From the IMG/VR virus record IMGVR_UViG_3300000976_000009, positions 1-45,150 of that record: 45,150 bases of DNA; one strand, 5' to 3'. The notes beneath the pieces were generated by a model, which ran no database searches, had not been told where the DNA came from, and worked only from the letters and a program-made list of their open reading frames with translations. A program made the translations under genes and the position numbers. Shown here piece by piece: positions 18,093 through 27,423 of the stretch. How positions within the stretch are numbered: the stretch's first letter is position 1; each line of letters begins with the position of its first letter. Origin of the DNA: a virus.

Positions 18093-18743
18093 TTAATAAT
18101 TTTCTAATGGTGTCTTTTCAAACCACCATAACGGGTGAGTATTCACATATAAATCATCAACCCAATCGTTATTTATAAATTCATACATTGTCCCTTCCCT
18201 CCATCTGGCTCCAGAATCAGAAATATATTTGTACGAATCCATTAATGACCTACCATAAGCTTCATAGTCAATTGGTAAGTTATTTATATTTTCATCTGTG
18301 ATTAAATAACCACATCTAGAAGGTTCATGTGTTGCAGCACCAACAATATTAATACCCAACATATCTTCTAATATTCTAACCTCTTTACTAAACTGTTCAA
18401 GTGGTTCATAATCAAAATGCTTGTAAAAATCTGGTTCAAAATGCAACCCAATTTCATGACCTTTACTTAGAATATATTTTAACCTTCCCACATTGTCAAG
18501 TGTGAATGGGTGATAATTTTTAGCATGTAATCTAATAAAGTATGTTGATTGAATCCCTAAATCAGATTCAATATCACACATATTGACCGCATTCTCTAAT
18601 GTAAAATCAACATCATGCCTTAAGACAATATTTTTTTTTCCTATAACTTTTTTCGTGTGCTCACAACACTTTAAAAAGTTATATCCCTTATCCTTTGCTA
18701 ATTGTAGGCTTTCCCTATAATGTTTAAATGTAAAATCAGTCAT
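18093..18743 (-). CDS. Polysaccharide deacetylase-like protein (NodB/CE4 fold)
   Basis: LRHDVD; STYFI; GHEIGLH; ATHEP; YISDS; THPLWW. Confidence 0.8.
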   Translation of the reverse strand: MTDFTFKHYRESLQLAKDKGYNFLKCCEHTKKVIGKKNIVLRHDVDFTLENAVNMCDIESDLGIQSTYFIRLHAKNYHPFTLDNVGRLKYILSKGHEIGLHFEPDFYKHFDYEPLEQFSKEVRILEDMLGINIVGAATHEPSRCGYLITDENINNLPIDYEAYGRSLMDSYKYISDSGARWREGTMYEFINNDWVDDLYVNTHPLWWFEKTPLENY

Positions 18744-19728
18744 CTAATAAATTTTTTTCTAAATATGTCATCACATTTGGTCCATAATAATGTTCCTTCA
18801 AATAATTAATGTTATCTTGAAACATAGCCTCAAGTGATTCATCGTCTAAATTTATCACTTGATTTATCACTTTTTTAAATGTTTCTGCATCAGTACCAGC
18901 ATGTTGAATTGGTAATCTACTTTGTGAATTTAATTGCCCTAACCCTTCTTTTGCTTTATCTATTTTACAAATGACAATATTGCCAGCAATAATTGATTCA
19001 ATTGTAGCAACCCCAAATGAACCAACATCATTAAATTGGTCAATATAAAATGTTGCATTTTCCTTAGCTCTCATAACTACATCATTTGGTGCACCAGTTA
19101 TGTATTCAAATTTGAATTTATTTGAGTCTAGTTTACTGTCCGTAATTAATTTTTGAATCAATGCGGTCCCCTTTTTACTTGGGTTAGATGGACAATGTAA
19201 AATAGTTTTAACACCTTGCTTTATCTTAGCTCTAGCGTTATCCATATATTTATCGAAATCAACATCAAAATTTTTAAATGGTAATAGTACAATATCTTTA
19301 TTTGTTTTAGGTGAAGCTGGATATAAATCTAACGCATATATTCTTCTATGTAATTTGGAATTAAATGGATTTGCATTGAAGTTGCTAGCACCCTTTCTGT
19401 AGTTAGAGCCTGGGTGCCAAACACTAATTTTCTTATCATTTATATTAATTTTAAACTTATCAATAAATGTAGTAAGGGTATTATATTGTCCAAGACCCAT
19501 TTCTTCACCAAAAATGATGTGTTCACTATCACCAACCCATTTCAAAGCTTCACCAACTTTGTTTGTTGTATTCAAGTCATAATCATGTTGTAAACTATAA
19601 TTGAATGGGTGCTTAGTTAAACATATTACTTTAGACTCATACTTATCTGAATATGTGTTAATAACATTCGAATATTCAGTTAATACGTTTGCATAATCAC
19701 AATATGCAAGAAAAGCAATTTTTTTCAT
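18736..19728 (-). CDS. GT-B glycosyltransferase-like protein
   Basis: ILHCPSNPSKKGT; YIDQF..GSFGVATIESIIAG. Confidence 0.7.
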   Translation of the reverse strand: MKKIAFLAYCDYANVLTEYSNVINTYSDKYESKVICLTKHPFNYSLQHDYDLNTTNKVGEALKWVGDSEHIIFGEEMGLGQYNTLTTFIDKFKININDKKISVWHPGSNYRKGASNFNANPFNSKLHRRIYALDLYPASPKTNKDIVLLPFKNFDVDFDKYMDNARAKIKQGVKTILHCPSNPSKKGTALIQKLITDSKLDSNKFKFEYITGAPNDVVMRAKENATFYIDQFNDVGSFGVATIESIIAGNIVICKIDKAKEGLGQLNSQSRLPIQHAGTDAETFKKVINQVINLDDESLEAMFQDNINYLKEHYYGPNVMTYLEKNLLDD

Positions 19729-19729
19729 C

Positions 19730-20383
19730 TTAAACTTTTAAATCTATTTTATTTCCAGAACCAGGTATTGGTGCATTAACATAAAGCTTATTTATGAATT
19801 TGTGTTTTGGTATTCCCTTGTATAACCTATCTATAACCCTAAAGTCAGAACACTTCCAAGAATCCCATTCAGCCAAATCTTTATGTTTAATATGGAATGC
19901 CATACAACTACCACCAATCCCACCAATTCTTGGTGGGTACTCATCTGAGAATGCTTTGGGTAGAATTAATGAGGTACCTAATTTAAACTTCCACACTAAT
20001 AATGTATCATTATCAACTTTATTAATCTCCTTAACAATTTGTTGAATCACCATACTATGTACGAATGTGTCATCATCATCTAGATAAATCACCCAACCAT
20101 CTTCAACTTCTTTAATCATTTCATTGAAGTACATATTGTGAGGTGAATATTTACCTGTTTTTGGGTCTACGAATGTGTCATTATCAATTAAATTTTGTCT
20201 ATCAATCTTAACCACTGTAAGATTATCGTAATTATTAATGTATTCTAAATCTGAATCATTATCATAAGCAACAATATGTTTAATATTATCATATGTTTGT
20301 CCATGAACACTTTTATAATTTATATCGAAACCATTTGGTCTATTCGAAGTTCTAGTTAATATATTTATTACTGGTTTATCCAT
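19730..20383 (-). CDS. Glycosyltransferase family 2
   Basis: INILTRTSNRP; QTYDNIKHIVAYD; WVIYLDDDD; start moved to ATG 20383 (8-nt overlap). Confidence 0.8.
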   Translation of the reverse strand: MDKPVINILTRTSNRPNGFDINYKSVHGQTYDNIKHIVAYDNDSDLEYINNYDNLTVVKIDRQNLIDNDTFVDPKTGKYSPHNMYFNEMIKEVEDGWVIYLDDDDTFVHSMVIQQIVKEINKVDNDTLLVWKFKLGTSLILPKAFSDEYPPRIGGIGGSCMAFHIKHKDLAEWDSWKCSDFRVIDRLYKGIPKHKFINKLYVNAPIPGSGNKIDLKV

Positions 20384-21494
20384 TATATGTGTCAATAAAT
20401 AACTGCTTGTAATTTTCAGCTGTCTTTTCCATATCAACATATGTATCCGAACTAGTATCAACTATTTTACATTCTGGGTACATTCCCTTATATGAGTTAA
20501 TTAAATCAGAATTATTTGTGAAAATAACATCATATTCGGATTGCTGAACCTTATATAGTTTGTTTGGTTCGGTTATAATTGGACCATTTTGTGTCTGGAT
20601 ACCAAACTTACCATCACCCAATCTAAAACTTGGTGGTTGTTGTAATGTAAATGCTTTTATATTAGCTCTAGTACAAGCCATTGTTGTACTACGATTAAAT
20701 GTACTAACGACCCCAACTGATACACCTAATTTAGATAAATCAGAACCTAATTCAATTACTTTACTTAAAGAGTCATTTTCATCAACATGTGGAATCATAA
20801 CTTTTAATTTTCTAGAACCACTAAAATTTTCAATCATCCTTAATGGTAATATTTCCTTATATTTTTCAGCAAAAATTACTCTATTCGCTTCCCACTCATC
20901 ATTGGTTTCACCAATTGACATATGATTAACCCTAATTTTGGTTGTAACTGCCACACCACAACCAGCTAAATGATTTGAAAATGAAAAATCAACATCATAA
21001 AAATGGAATCCTTCAACAGATTCATCAAATCCTTTTTTAATTCTATCTTTATGAATAGCAAACCAAACACCATCAACATTAAGAACTGACACTAAATCAG
21101 TTCCTTGGTCTGGACTATATGAGGATAACCATGATTTACCATTATGGGTGTGTTTAACACGACCATACATTGTTTTCCTATCATCCCACCATCTCCCAGT
21201 AGTATTCATGAATTTAGAACCAGCAACACCAATAATTCCAATATGCTCATTAGCATCAAACTGTTTTAGTAATTTTTTACCCCATTGTTTAGTCTCAATA
21301 ATGATATCATCATGACAAAATACCACAATGTCATTTTTAGCTTGTTTTAAACCACGATTATAACACTTAGTTAGTGATTCACCATTATTAATGATTTCTA
21401 TCACCTCAAGATACTTATGTAAACCAGAAGACTTAATTAAGTGCTCACTATGTTTTGGCTTTGATTCTTTTGTACAATATACAACTGTTAACAT
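20376..21494 (-). CDS. GT-A glycosyltransferase (GT2-like) with C-terminal extension
   Basis: YNRGLKQAKNDIVVFCHDD; GIIGVAG; VDG; FDE...FHFYDVD. Confidence 0.8.
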   Translation of the reverse strand: MLTVVYCTKESKPKHSEHLIKSSGLHKYLEVIEIINNGESLTKCYNRGLKQAKNDIVVFCHDDIIIETKQWGKKLLKQFDANEHIGIIGVAGSKFMNTTGRWWDDRKTMYGRVKHTHNGKSWLSSYSPDQGTDLVSVLNVDGVWFAIHKDRIKKGFDESVEGFHFYDVDFSFSNHLAGCGVAVTTKIRVNHMSIGETNDEWEANRVIFAEKYKEILPLRMIENFSGSRKLKVMIPHVDENDSLSKVIELGSDLSKLGVSVGVVSTFNRSTTMACTRANIKAFTLQQPPSFRLGDGKFGIQTQNGPIITEPNKLYKVQQSEYDVIFTNNSDLINSYKGMYPECKIVDTSSDTYVDMEKTAENYKQLFIDTYNG

Positions 21495-21495
21495 A

Positions 21496-21648
21496 TTAAT
21501 TATTTTTAAGTCTATTTAATCTTCCCATCAAAATTTTTATTTCTTTCTTCATACCATTTAATGTCCACCCATCATAATAGTTTCCCATAGTTATTTCAAT
21601 ACTAAGTTGTTTTATTCTAATTTCTATTTCATCAATGGTATTTAACAT
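21496..21648 (-). CDS. Small hypothetical protein (50 aa), not in the ORF track
   Basis: MLNTIDEIEIRIKQLSIEITMGNYYDGWTLNGMKKEIKILMGRLNRLKNN; TAATG-coupled upstream and ends 1 nt before the next ATG. Confidence 0.65.
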   Translation of the reverse strand: MLNTIDEIEIRIKQLSIEITMGNYYDGWTLNGMKKEIKILMGRLNRLKNN

Positions 21649-22667
21649 TATTTTTTAAACCTATTTAATGCATTATCTGTTATTCTAATCATTTCAACTT
21701 CTCCACAAAATTCCTTAAGTGTTCTTGCGTTGGTATAACTCATTGCTGAACGTAGATATGATTCAAAATTTTCAACCCAACCACTAATTGTGTATTCTAC
21801 TTTAACTAATTTACTAATACCTTCTGATGTTTTTAATTTAGTTGCACCCCAGCTTTTTTGAACTTCTTTAGTTGACATACCTCTAAAACTTTTATAAACA
21901 TCCCTACCATTTTTAAATAATATTTCGGCTTGTTTTTTAGTACACTTTTGATGTTTACTGTTGGTATATCCCTCATAAAAGTCACCAACAGAATCAATTG
22001 ACTTACTTAATATACTACCTAACATAACATAATCAGCACCTAATGCTAGTGCTTTAATTATATCTGAATAGTCTTTCATACCACCATCAGCAACTATTTT
22101 AGCTGGATTATCTAAAGTCATACTTAAATCATAACATTCTTTAATTAAAGACCCCATAGGGTAGCCAACCCCTAATTGTTGTGTGGTTAAACAACCACCA
22201 CCATTACCAATACCTACTCTAATAAAATCAGCACCAGCATCCGATAGTAAACCATATGTTATTGGGTTAGCAACATTCCCTACCATTAATATCATATCTG
22301 GATATCTCTCTTTAGCCAACTTAGTTGTCTCAATTAATTCACCCATATGACCATTAGCCATATCAATTAATATTTTTGATTCAATCATAACATCATCTTG
22401 GTCAATAAATTTAGCGTTGAATTGTGCTAAAGAATAAGACGTGAAACCATCTATACCAGAATTAATACCTCTAGGTTGACAAGGAATTATTTTATTTTCA
22501 AAAAATATTTGTTGGTTTTCAGCATTAATAACTGTATCCATAGGTGCAGTTATTAACGGTAAAGACCCAAACTCATCGAATGGGTCAATCTCACTTCTTG
22601 ATTTGATATCAGTAGTTGGTACTGGCTTAATTAGTACATCATTAAAATCAAATTTAATATCTTTCAT
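21648..22667 (-). CDS. IMP dehydrogenase / GMP reductase family protein (no CBS domains)
   Basis: DFNDVLIKP; APMDTV; IDMANGH; GNVA; VGIGNGGGCLT (catalytic Cys); ADGG; FRGMS; SEG. Confidence 0.9.
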   Translation of the reverse strand: MKDIKFDFNDVLIKPVPTTDIKSRSEIDPFDEFGSLPLITAPMDTVINAENQQIFFENKIIPCQPRGINSGIDGFTSYSLAQFNAKFIDQDDVMIESKILIDMANGHMGELIETTKLAKERYPDMILMVGNVANPITYGLLSDAGADFIRVGIGNGGGCLTTQQLGVGYPMGSLIKECYDLSMTLDNPAKIVADGGMKDYSDIIKALALGADYVMLGSILSKSIDSVGDFYEGYTNSKHQKCTKKQAEILFKNGRDVYKSFRGMSTKEVQKSWGATKLKTSEGISKLVKVEYTISGWVENFESYLRSAMSYTNARTLKEFCGEVEMIRITDNALNRFKK

Positions 22668-22675
22668 ATCTTTTT

Positions 22676-23272
22676 TTATTTCGTACCAGTATGACCGAAG
22701 CCTCCAGCACCACGTTCGGTATTATCGTTTATTGATTCAACCCTATTTAAATTAACAATTGCCTTAGACATAACTGTTGCAATTACCGCTTGTGCAATTC
22801 TCTCACCGTGTTCTACTACAAATTCTTCTTGACCATGATTAATTAAAATCACACCAACATCACCACGGTAATCGGCATCAACAGTACCTGGTGAATTTAA
22901 CACTGTTACACCTTTTTTATATGCCAAACCACTTCTTGGTCTAACTTGTATTTCAAAGTTAGGTGGTATTTGGAAGTGTAAACCAGTTGGGATTAGAGCT
23001 CTTTCACCAACACCAAGTGTTATTGGTTCTTTTAAATTAGCTCTCAAATCAAATCCAGATGACCCATCAGTTGCATATTCTGGGTCTAAATTATTTGAGT
23101 TATTAACAAACTTGAATTCAATTTTCATGTGGTCTGAATTTTCAACAATTGTTTGGTTACCACCAAATTCTTTCATAAATTCCTCATGGGTATATTCATT
23201 AGTTGGGTCTAAAGCCTCAGCTAATTTTGTTTTCATTAATGACATTAACTCATCTGTTTTCAATTCAGCCAT
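22676..23272 (-). CDS. dut: Trimeric dUTPase with N-terminal extension
   Basis: SGFDL; RPRSGLA; GTVDADYRG; ERIAQ; RGAGGFGHTG. Confidence 0.95.
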   Translation of the reverse strand: MAELKTDELMSLMKTKLAEALDPTNEYTHEEFMKEFGGNQTIVENSDHMKIEFKFVNNSNNLDPEYATDGSSGFDLRANLKEPITLGVGERALIPTGLHFQIPPNFEIQVRPRSGLAYKKGVTVLNSPGTVDADYRGDVGVILINHGQEEFVVEHGERIAQAVIATVMSKAIVNLNRVESINDNTERGAGGFGHTGTK

Positions 23273-23273
23273 A

Positions 23274-23834
23274 TTACTTTCCTTTTTCTTCCATTATTGC
23301 AAGCTCATTTGCTTGCCTTAATATAACAGCAAGTGTGTTAGAATGCCATTTGGCTTGTTTGTCATCATCTGTTTTATCGTGATTAACAATTGCTTGATAT
23401 TCATCTTCTGATAATTCAACCCCACAACTCATTGCCATATGTGCAGAACGTTCACCAACATGCATAGATACTAGTGAATCATTAAACTCATACATCATAC
23501 CTCTATCATTGTGCCATTTTGATTCATTAGGTACATAAAGATTTGTTTTACCAATTTGGTGTAAACAACATACTTTAACTAAAGAACCTAAATCGATTTT
23601 ATTTCCATTTGGTACGATTGGTTGTAACTTTACCGCATACTTAGTAACGGTTAATAGGTGTTTAACTAAACCACCTTCGAATGCATTATGTAAATCAGTT
23701 CTAGTTGATGCGGGAGCACCAATAAAAGCTGCTCCTAACTTGTTTTGTAAAAGTTCAGTCATAAACCCATACTTTTCGCCACTTTCAAAATACTTTTTAG
23801 CATTTTTAATAGTTTCTTCTTTTGTAATAGACAT
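23274..23834 (-). CDS. HD-domain-like protein (HD replaced by HQ)
   Basis: APAS...HNAFEGGLVKH; CLHQIGK; AIVNHD; RQANE. Confidence 0.65.
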   Translation of the reverse strand: MSITKEETIKNAKKYFESGEKYGFMTELLQNKLGAAFIGAPASTRTDLHNAFEGGLVKHLLTVTKYAVKLQPIVPNGNKIDLGSLVKVCCLHQIGKTNLYVPNESKWHNDRGMMYEFNDSLVSMHVGERSAHMAMSCGVELSEDEYQAIVNHDKTDDDKQAKWHSNTLAVILRQANELAIMEEKGK

Positions 23835-23856
23835 TTAAAAAAAAATTAAGTCTTCG

Positions 23857-24240
23857 TTATTTTTTTTTGTATTTCAAGTCCATTTCGGTTCTAATTAACT
23901 TATTTTTGTCTTTCACCTCTTCATCTAAAATTAACCCCTTTAATTTAGGATTATTTTTAATTAAATCTTTCTCACGTAATTTATTAGACTCAATATCTTT
24001 AGCATCATTATAGGCTTTTGCACTCGATTTCAAATCCCTAACATATCTATCTGAGAATATTTTTCCACCTTTAGCCGAAATACCATCATGATATTCCATG
24101 ATTTCTAAGCTTCTTTTTAATCTAGTAGATACTTTATCTTCTACAATGACATCTTCATCTATATTTACTTCTTCTTCTTTTGTTTTTTTAGTAAATAGAT
24201 TTCTAAAATAAGTTAATATCCCTTTAAAGACCTTTTTCAT
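23857..24240 (-). CDS. Hypothetical protein
   Basis: 127 aa with amphipathic N-terminus. Confidence 0.65.
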   Translation of the reverse strand: MKKVFKGILTYFRNLFTKKTKEEEVNIDEDVIVEDKVSTRLKRSLEIMEYHDGISAKGGKIFSDRYVRDLKSSAKAYNDAKDIESNKLREKDLIKNNPKLKGLILDEEVKDKNKLIRTEMDLKYKKK

Positions 24241-24251
24241 ACTTTACAAAG

Positions 24252-25511
24252 TTAGGTTTTTTTTATCTTACTCACAAGGTCTAGATAATATTTTCTTCTA
24301 TTTTGTGTAGTAGTTTCTAATGAATAAGTTTTATTAATTGTATCATGAAGATTTTTTGCTAGTAAATCAATCTTACTTGGTTCATTAATTAATGTCTTCA
24401 AGTGTTTATACCAATCTTTATGATTTTTTCTAGATTCAATTAAATAAGAATTTGCATTTTCATTAAAAGTTGGTTGCTCTTTCTTACTTTTTGGTTTTTC
24501 ATAGGCACCAACTAAATCAAGTTGATATGGTCCAAAATCTTGTGCAATAATTGCTTTTTTATGGAAACCAGCTTCAATCACTTTCAATTGACTCTTCATT
24601 TTGTTAAATTTATTTTCCTCAAGTGGTGCTAATGAAATATCAAATAAATTATAATTAGATGCGTAACTATTAATGTTTTTAGTCCAAACCCTTCTATATG
24701 GTTCATTTTCAATACCATCAAACTCTTCCTTAGTAAATCTCAATAAATGTTCCTTATATTCTGGACTAACGATATCATAATTATTAGTAAATATTTGTTC
24801 ATACTTATACCAAACAGATTCTTTAGGTTGAATCTTTCTTTGAGTTTGTTGCCCTGTTTTTTGGTCAATCATAGTTACTTGTCCTCTAAGGTCAAAACCA
24901 CAAAGTACAAACTGTACTTTATCAATTAATCCATCAGACTTAAGTTTACTAACTAAACCTTTTAAAATCTCCAAATCTTTCAAGTGAGAAGAACCACCAA
25001 GCCAACCGATTCTAATTCTATCAGATTTTTCTGGATTAGGAACAAATTGTTTTTCTTTTGGGTCTATTGCGTTAGGTAATACGTGAACATTACTATTTAA
25101 CTTACTCAATTCTTCTGCGAATAATGGGGTAGTAGTGGTTACATTTTCAGCAACCTTAAGATTACTAACAATTTTCTTATCCAATTGGTTTGTTTTAATA
25201 ATTAAATGCGCTGGGTGATGCGGACCAGGTGCCCAGTAATCATCTAAATCCATAACACTAACAATTCCAAGACCTTTCAATCTTTCAACTAATGCTTCCA
25301 TCTTATCATATGGTCCTAATGTTCTGTGGTAATGCACAACATCATATTGTTTTAACCACTCATCATTATCCAATTGTGGTGTGTAATCAATATCTACGTG
25401 AAACTCTTCTGGGAACATTTGTTCTAAATACAAATGTGGTTTAGTACTTCTAAAAAATGATACACCTGTTCTATCACTAGGTACTACTAAAACTTTAATC
25501 TTTTTGCTCAT
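24252..25511 (-). CDS. GT-B glycosyltransferase
   Basis: SDRTGVSFFRS; MDLDD; VLPNAID; IGWLGGSSH; DISLAPL..NKFNKMKSQLKVIEAG. Confidence 0.85.
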   Translation of the reverse strand: MSKKIKVLVVPSDRTGVSFFRSTKPHLYLEQMFPEEFHVDIDYTPQLDNDEWLKQYDVVHYHRTLGPYDKMEALVERLKGLGIVSVMDLDDYWAPGPHHPAHLIIKTNQLDKKIVSNLKVAENVTTTTPLFAEELSKLNSNVHVLPNAIDPKEKQFVPNPEKSDRIRIGWLGGSSHLKDLEILKGLVSKLKSDGLIDKVQFVLCGFDLRGQVTMIDQKTGQQTQRKIQPKESVWYKYEQIFTNNYDIVSPEYKEHLLRFTKEEFDGIENEPYRRVWTKNINSYASNYNLFDISLAPLEENKFNKMKSQLKVIEAGFHKKAIIAQDFGPYQLDLVGAYEKPKSKKEQPTFNENANSYLIESRKNHKDWYKHLKTLINEPSKIDLLAKNLHDTINKTYSLETTTQNRRKYYLDLVSKIKKT

Positions 25512-25531
25512 AATAAAACTATTTTATTTTA

Positions 25532-25559
25532 AGGATATGAAACAAAATCTATTTGTAAA
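25532..25559 (-). promoter_or_regulatory. Promoter TTTACA-N16-TATCCT
   Basis: Recurring motif at the head of the GT/dUTPase/sugar-gene run. Confidence 0.65.
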
Positions 25560-25560
25560 C

Positions 25561-25590
25561 AAAAAAAGCTCACATTTCTGTGAGCTTTTT
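25561..25590. terminator. Intrinsic terminator
   Basis: AAAAAGCTCACA-TTTC-TGTGAGCTTTTT. Confidence 0.85.
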
Positions 25591-25608
25591 AAAAATATTG
25601 TGTAAGTA

Positions 25609-26271
25609 TTAACCATTAACTGGTTTCTTAGTTTTCAACTTCCCTTCTTTTATTAGGGTATTTATGGTCCTTTTGATTGCTTGTTCAGTTAATTTTTTTG
25701 TGAAAGTTTCTGACATAAATTCTAATAATTCATCTTTAACAACATCTTTAATTATTCCTCTCAATGCAGTTTCACTTACAGTAAATGAATCATTACTATT
25801 TTTTCTAATTGCTTGGTGCTGTTCTTGTATTTGAGCTGGTCTTTTTGGATTTTGAATTTTGGTTGGCATTGGTTTCTCAACCAAATCACCCATATCTTCT
25901 AATGAAAAAGTATTACCCGCCAAACTCATTTGTGGAATAGGATTATTCTGCATTGCTTCTTTAATAAAACTTGGCATTTTAGATGTCTCCATATTCTTAT
26001 AATGTGCTTGTCCATTCACCAATTTTGGTGCTGGGTTATTTGTTGGGTTACTCATTTGTTGTGGGACCCCTTCTTGTGGTATTTGGTGACTTTCAATTAA
26101 ATTGTTCCCAGCAACACTAGTGTCTAGACTTACATTACCTGTTTCATAATTACCACCTTCAGTTTTATTTATAATAGCTTTAGCATTACCAAGAATATTC
26201 CTAAGTTTACTTAAGTCTGCTGGTGGTAGTGGATTTTGATTACTCATATTTTTTATTTTAAAATTTTGCAT
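25609..26271 (-). CDS. Hypothetical protein, putative internal head protein
   Basis: Q/N/P-rich; repeated hydrophobic-x-E motifs (LIES, IQEQ, LTEQAIK, LIKEG); the true start may be the second Met. Confidence 0.65.
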   Translation of the reverse strand: MQNFKIKNMSNQNPLPPADLSKLRNILGNAKAIINKTEGGNYETGNVSLDTSVAGNNLIESHQIPQEGVPQQMSNPTNNPAPKLVNGQAHYKNMETSKMPSFIKEAMQNNPIPQMSLAGNTFSLEDMGDLVEKPMPTKIQNPKRPAQIQEQHQAIRKNSNDSFTVSETALRGIIKDVVKDELLEFMSETFTKKLTEQAIKRTINTLIKEGKLKTKKPVNG

Positions 26272-26641
26272 TATACACGGAACCTACCATACTTCCATCA
26301 CCGTTTGGGTTGTATTTCCCAATGCTTGGGTCTCTATCTGATATTGGACCATAAAATTTAAAATTTTGTGGTTCCCATCTAGAGATTCTATCAACCCTAA
26401 ATAACTTCCATTGCGGTATTACGGTCTTTGTATCACCAAAAACTTGGTAAGCCCTTATCACTTGGTTTCCACCTATGGACATTCCATATGCGTATACCTC
26501 AATAGTACGCTTACCAGCCGCAGTATTATCATCACCTTCGTAATAGATTGACACACGATAATGATTATCGATAGCATCTATTATGGAGTTACGTGCTGTA
26601 TTTTCCATTATAAGCTCTTTATATAGTTTGTAAAGCTTCAT
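26258..26641 (-). CDS. Stand-alone WYL-domain protein
   Basis: IIDAIDNHYRVSIYY...GKRTIEVYAYG...IRAYQ...WKLFRVDRI; no HTH or WCX domain. Confidence 0.85.
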   Translation of the reverse strand: MKLYKLYKELIMENTARNSIIDAIDNHYRVSIYYEGDDNTAAGKRTIEVYAYGMSIGGNQVIRAYQVFGDTKTVIPQWKLFRVDRISRWEPQNFKFYGPISDRDPSIGKYNPNGDGSMVGSVYNAKF

Positions 26642-26650
26642 TTAGAAATA

Positions 26651-26968
26651 TTATATTGATACTTGACCAACGTTACCAGATGTATCTGGAGCCGTATAAC
26701 CATTATCACCATCATATTGGTTAATTACTTGATTTTGAATTCTACCAGAACCGACAATGTTCGGATTACCATTAATATCAAAATCACCACCACCATTATA
26801 TGTGTCTAAATGAATTCCAGTACCCTTACCTTTTAAATCACCATCTGACAATGCATTTACGTGACTTGGATTGTAATTTTGTGATACATCAGAACTATTA
26901 TACCCATTTAAAGGGATTAGTGCTGCTCTTTGCAACAATGCTGCTTCTTCTAATTTATTACTTGCCAT
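26651..26968 (-). CDS. Hypothetical Gly/Asn-rich protein, probably virion-associated
   Basis: 105 aa within the late-motif operon. Confidence 0.7.
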   Translation of the reverse strand: MASNKLEEAALLQRAALIPLNGYNSSDVSQNYNPSHVNALSDGDLKGKGTGIHLDTYNGGGDFDINGNPNIVGSGRIQNQVINQYDGDNGYTAPDTSGNVGQVSI

Positions 26969-26970
26969 AA

Positions 26971-27423
26971 TTATAATTGTTTTTTATTGTTATCCATGTA
27001 CTCTATTAAATATCTAATTTCTGATAATTCATCAGAAATTGATTCATATTGTACTTTATTCGTCATTATTTGTCTACTAGCTTTACCTTTATGTATTTTA
27101 GGCATTCTAACCCTAGTCGGATTTGCGTTATCTCTATCCTTGCTATGTGTATCTTTAAATGCGTTACCACCAGCTTTATCACCTTGACCCTCCGTATCCA
27201 TAGTTATTCGTTTTGGGGCTTCAACTGCATCAATTTGTGTTTTTAATGATTTCTCAATCCACCTCAAAGCTTTGTCATCGTTTGAATTCTTATCTTTTTT
27301 ATTATCCAATTCTGATTTAACCTTATTCATATATTCATATGAAACTGATGTATTACCTCCAAAATAACTACTAACAGTATTATCGACTTTAAAATGTTGT
27401 TTTTTTAAATCTAAATTTGGCAT
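26971..27423 (-). CDS. Hypothetical protein, putative internal head protein
   Basis: Charged; C-terminal YESISDELSEIRYLIEY helix. Confidence 0.7.
   Translation of the reverse strand: MPNLDLKKQHFKVDNTVSSYFGGNTSVSYEYMNKVKSELDNKKDKNSNDDKALRWIEKSLKTQIDAVEAPKRITMDTEGQGDKAGGNAFKDTHSKDRDNANPTRVRMPKIHKGKASRQIMTNKVQYESISDELSEIRYLIEYMDNNKKQL

Noticed and set aside
13739-25511. Bacterial chromosome (O-antigen locus) or eukaryotic giant virus origin
   Set aside because: Flanked by spike, neck, fibre and gp55-like genes, shares promoter motifs with them, and has no wzx/wzy; overlapping operons and intrinsic terminators indicate a bacteriophage
1910-27246. Many plus-strand ORFs of 60-150 aa in the ORF track
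   Set aside because: Antisense shadows of well-supported minus-strand genes, with no motifs or promoters
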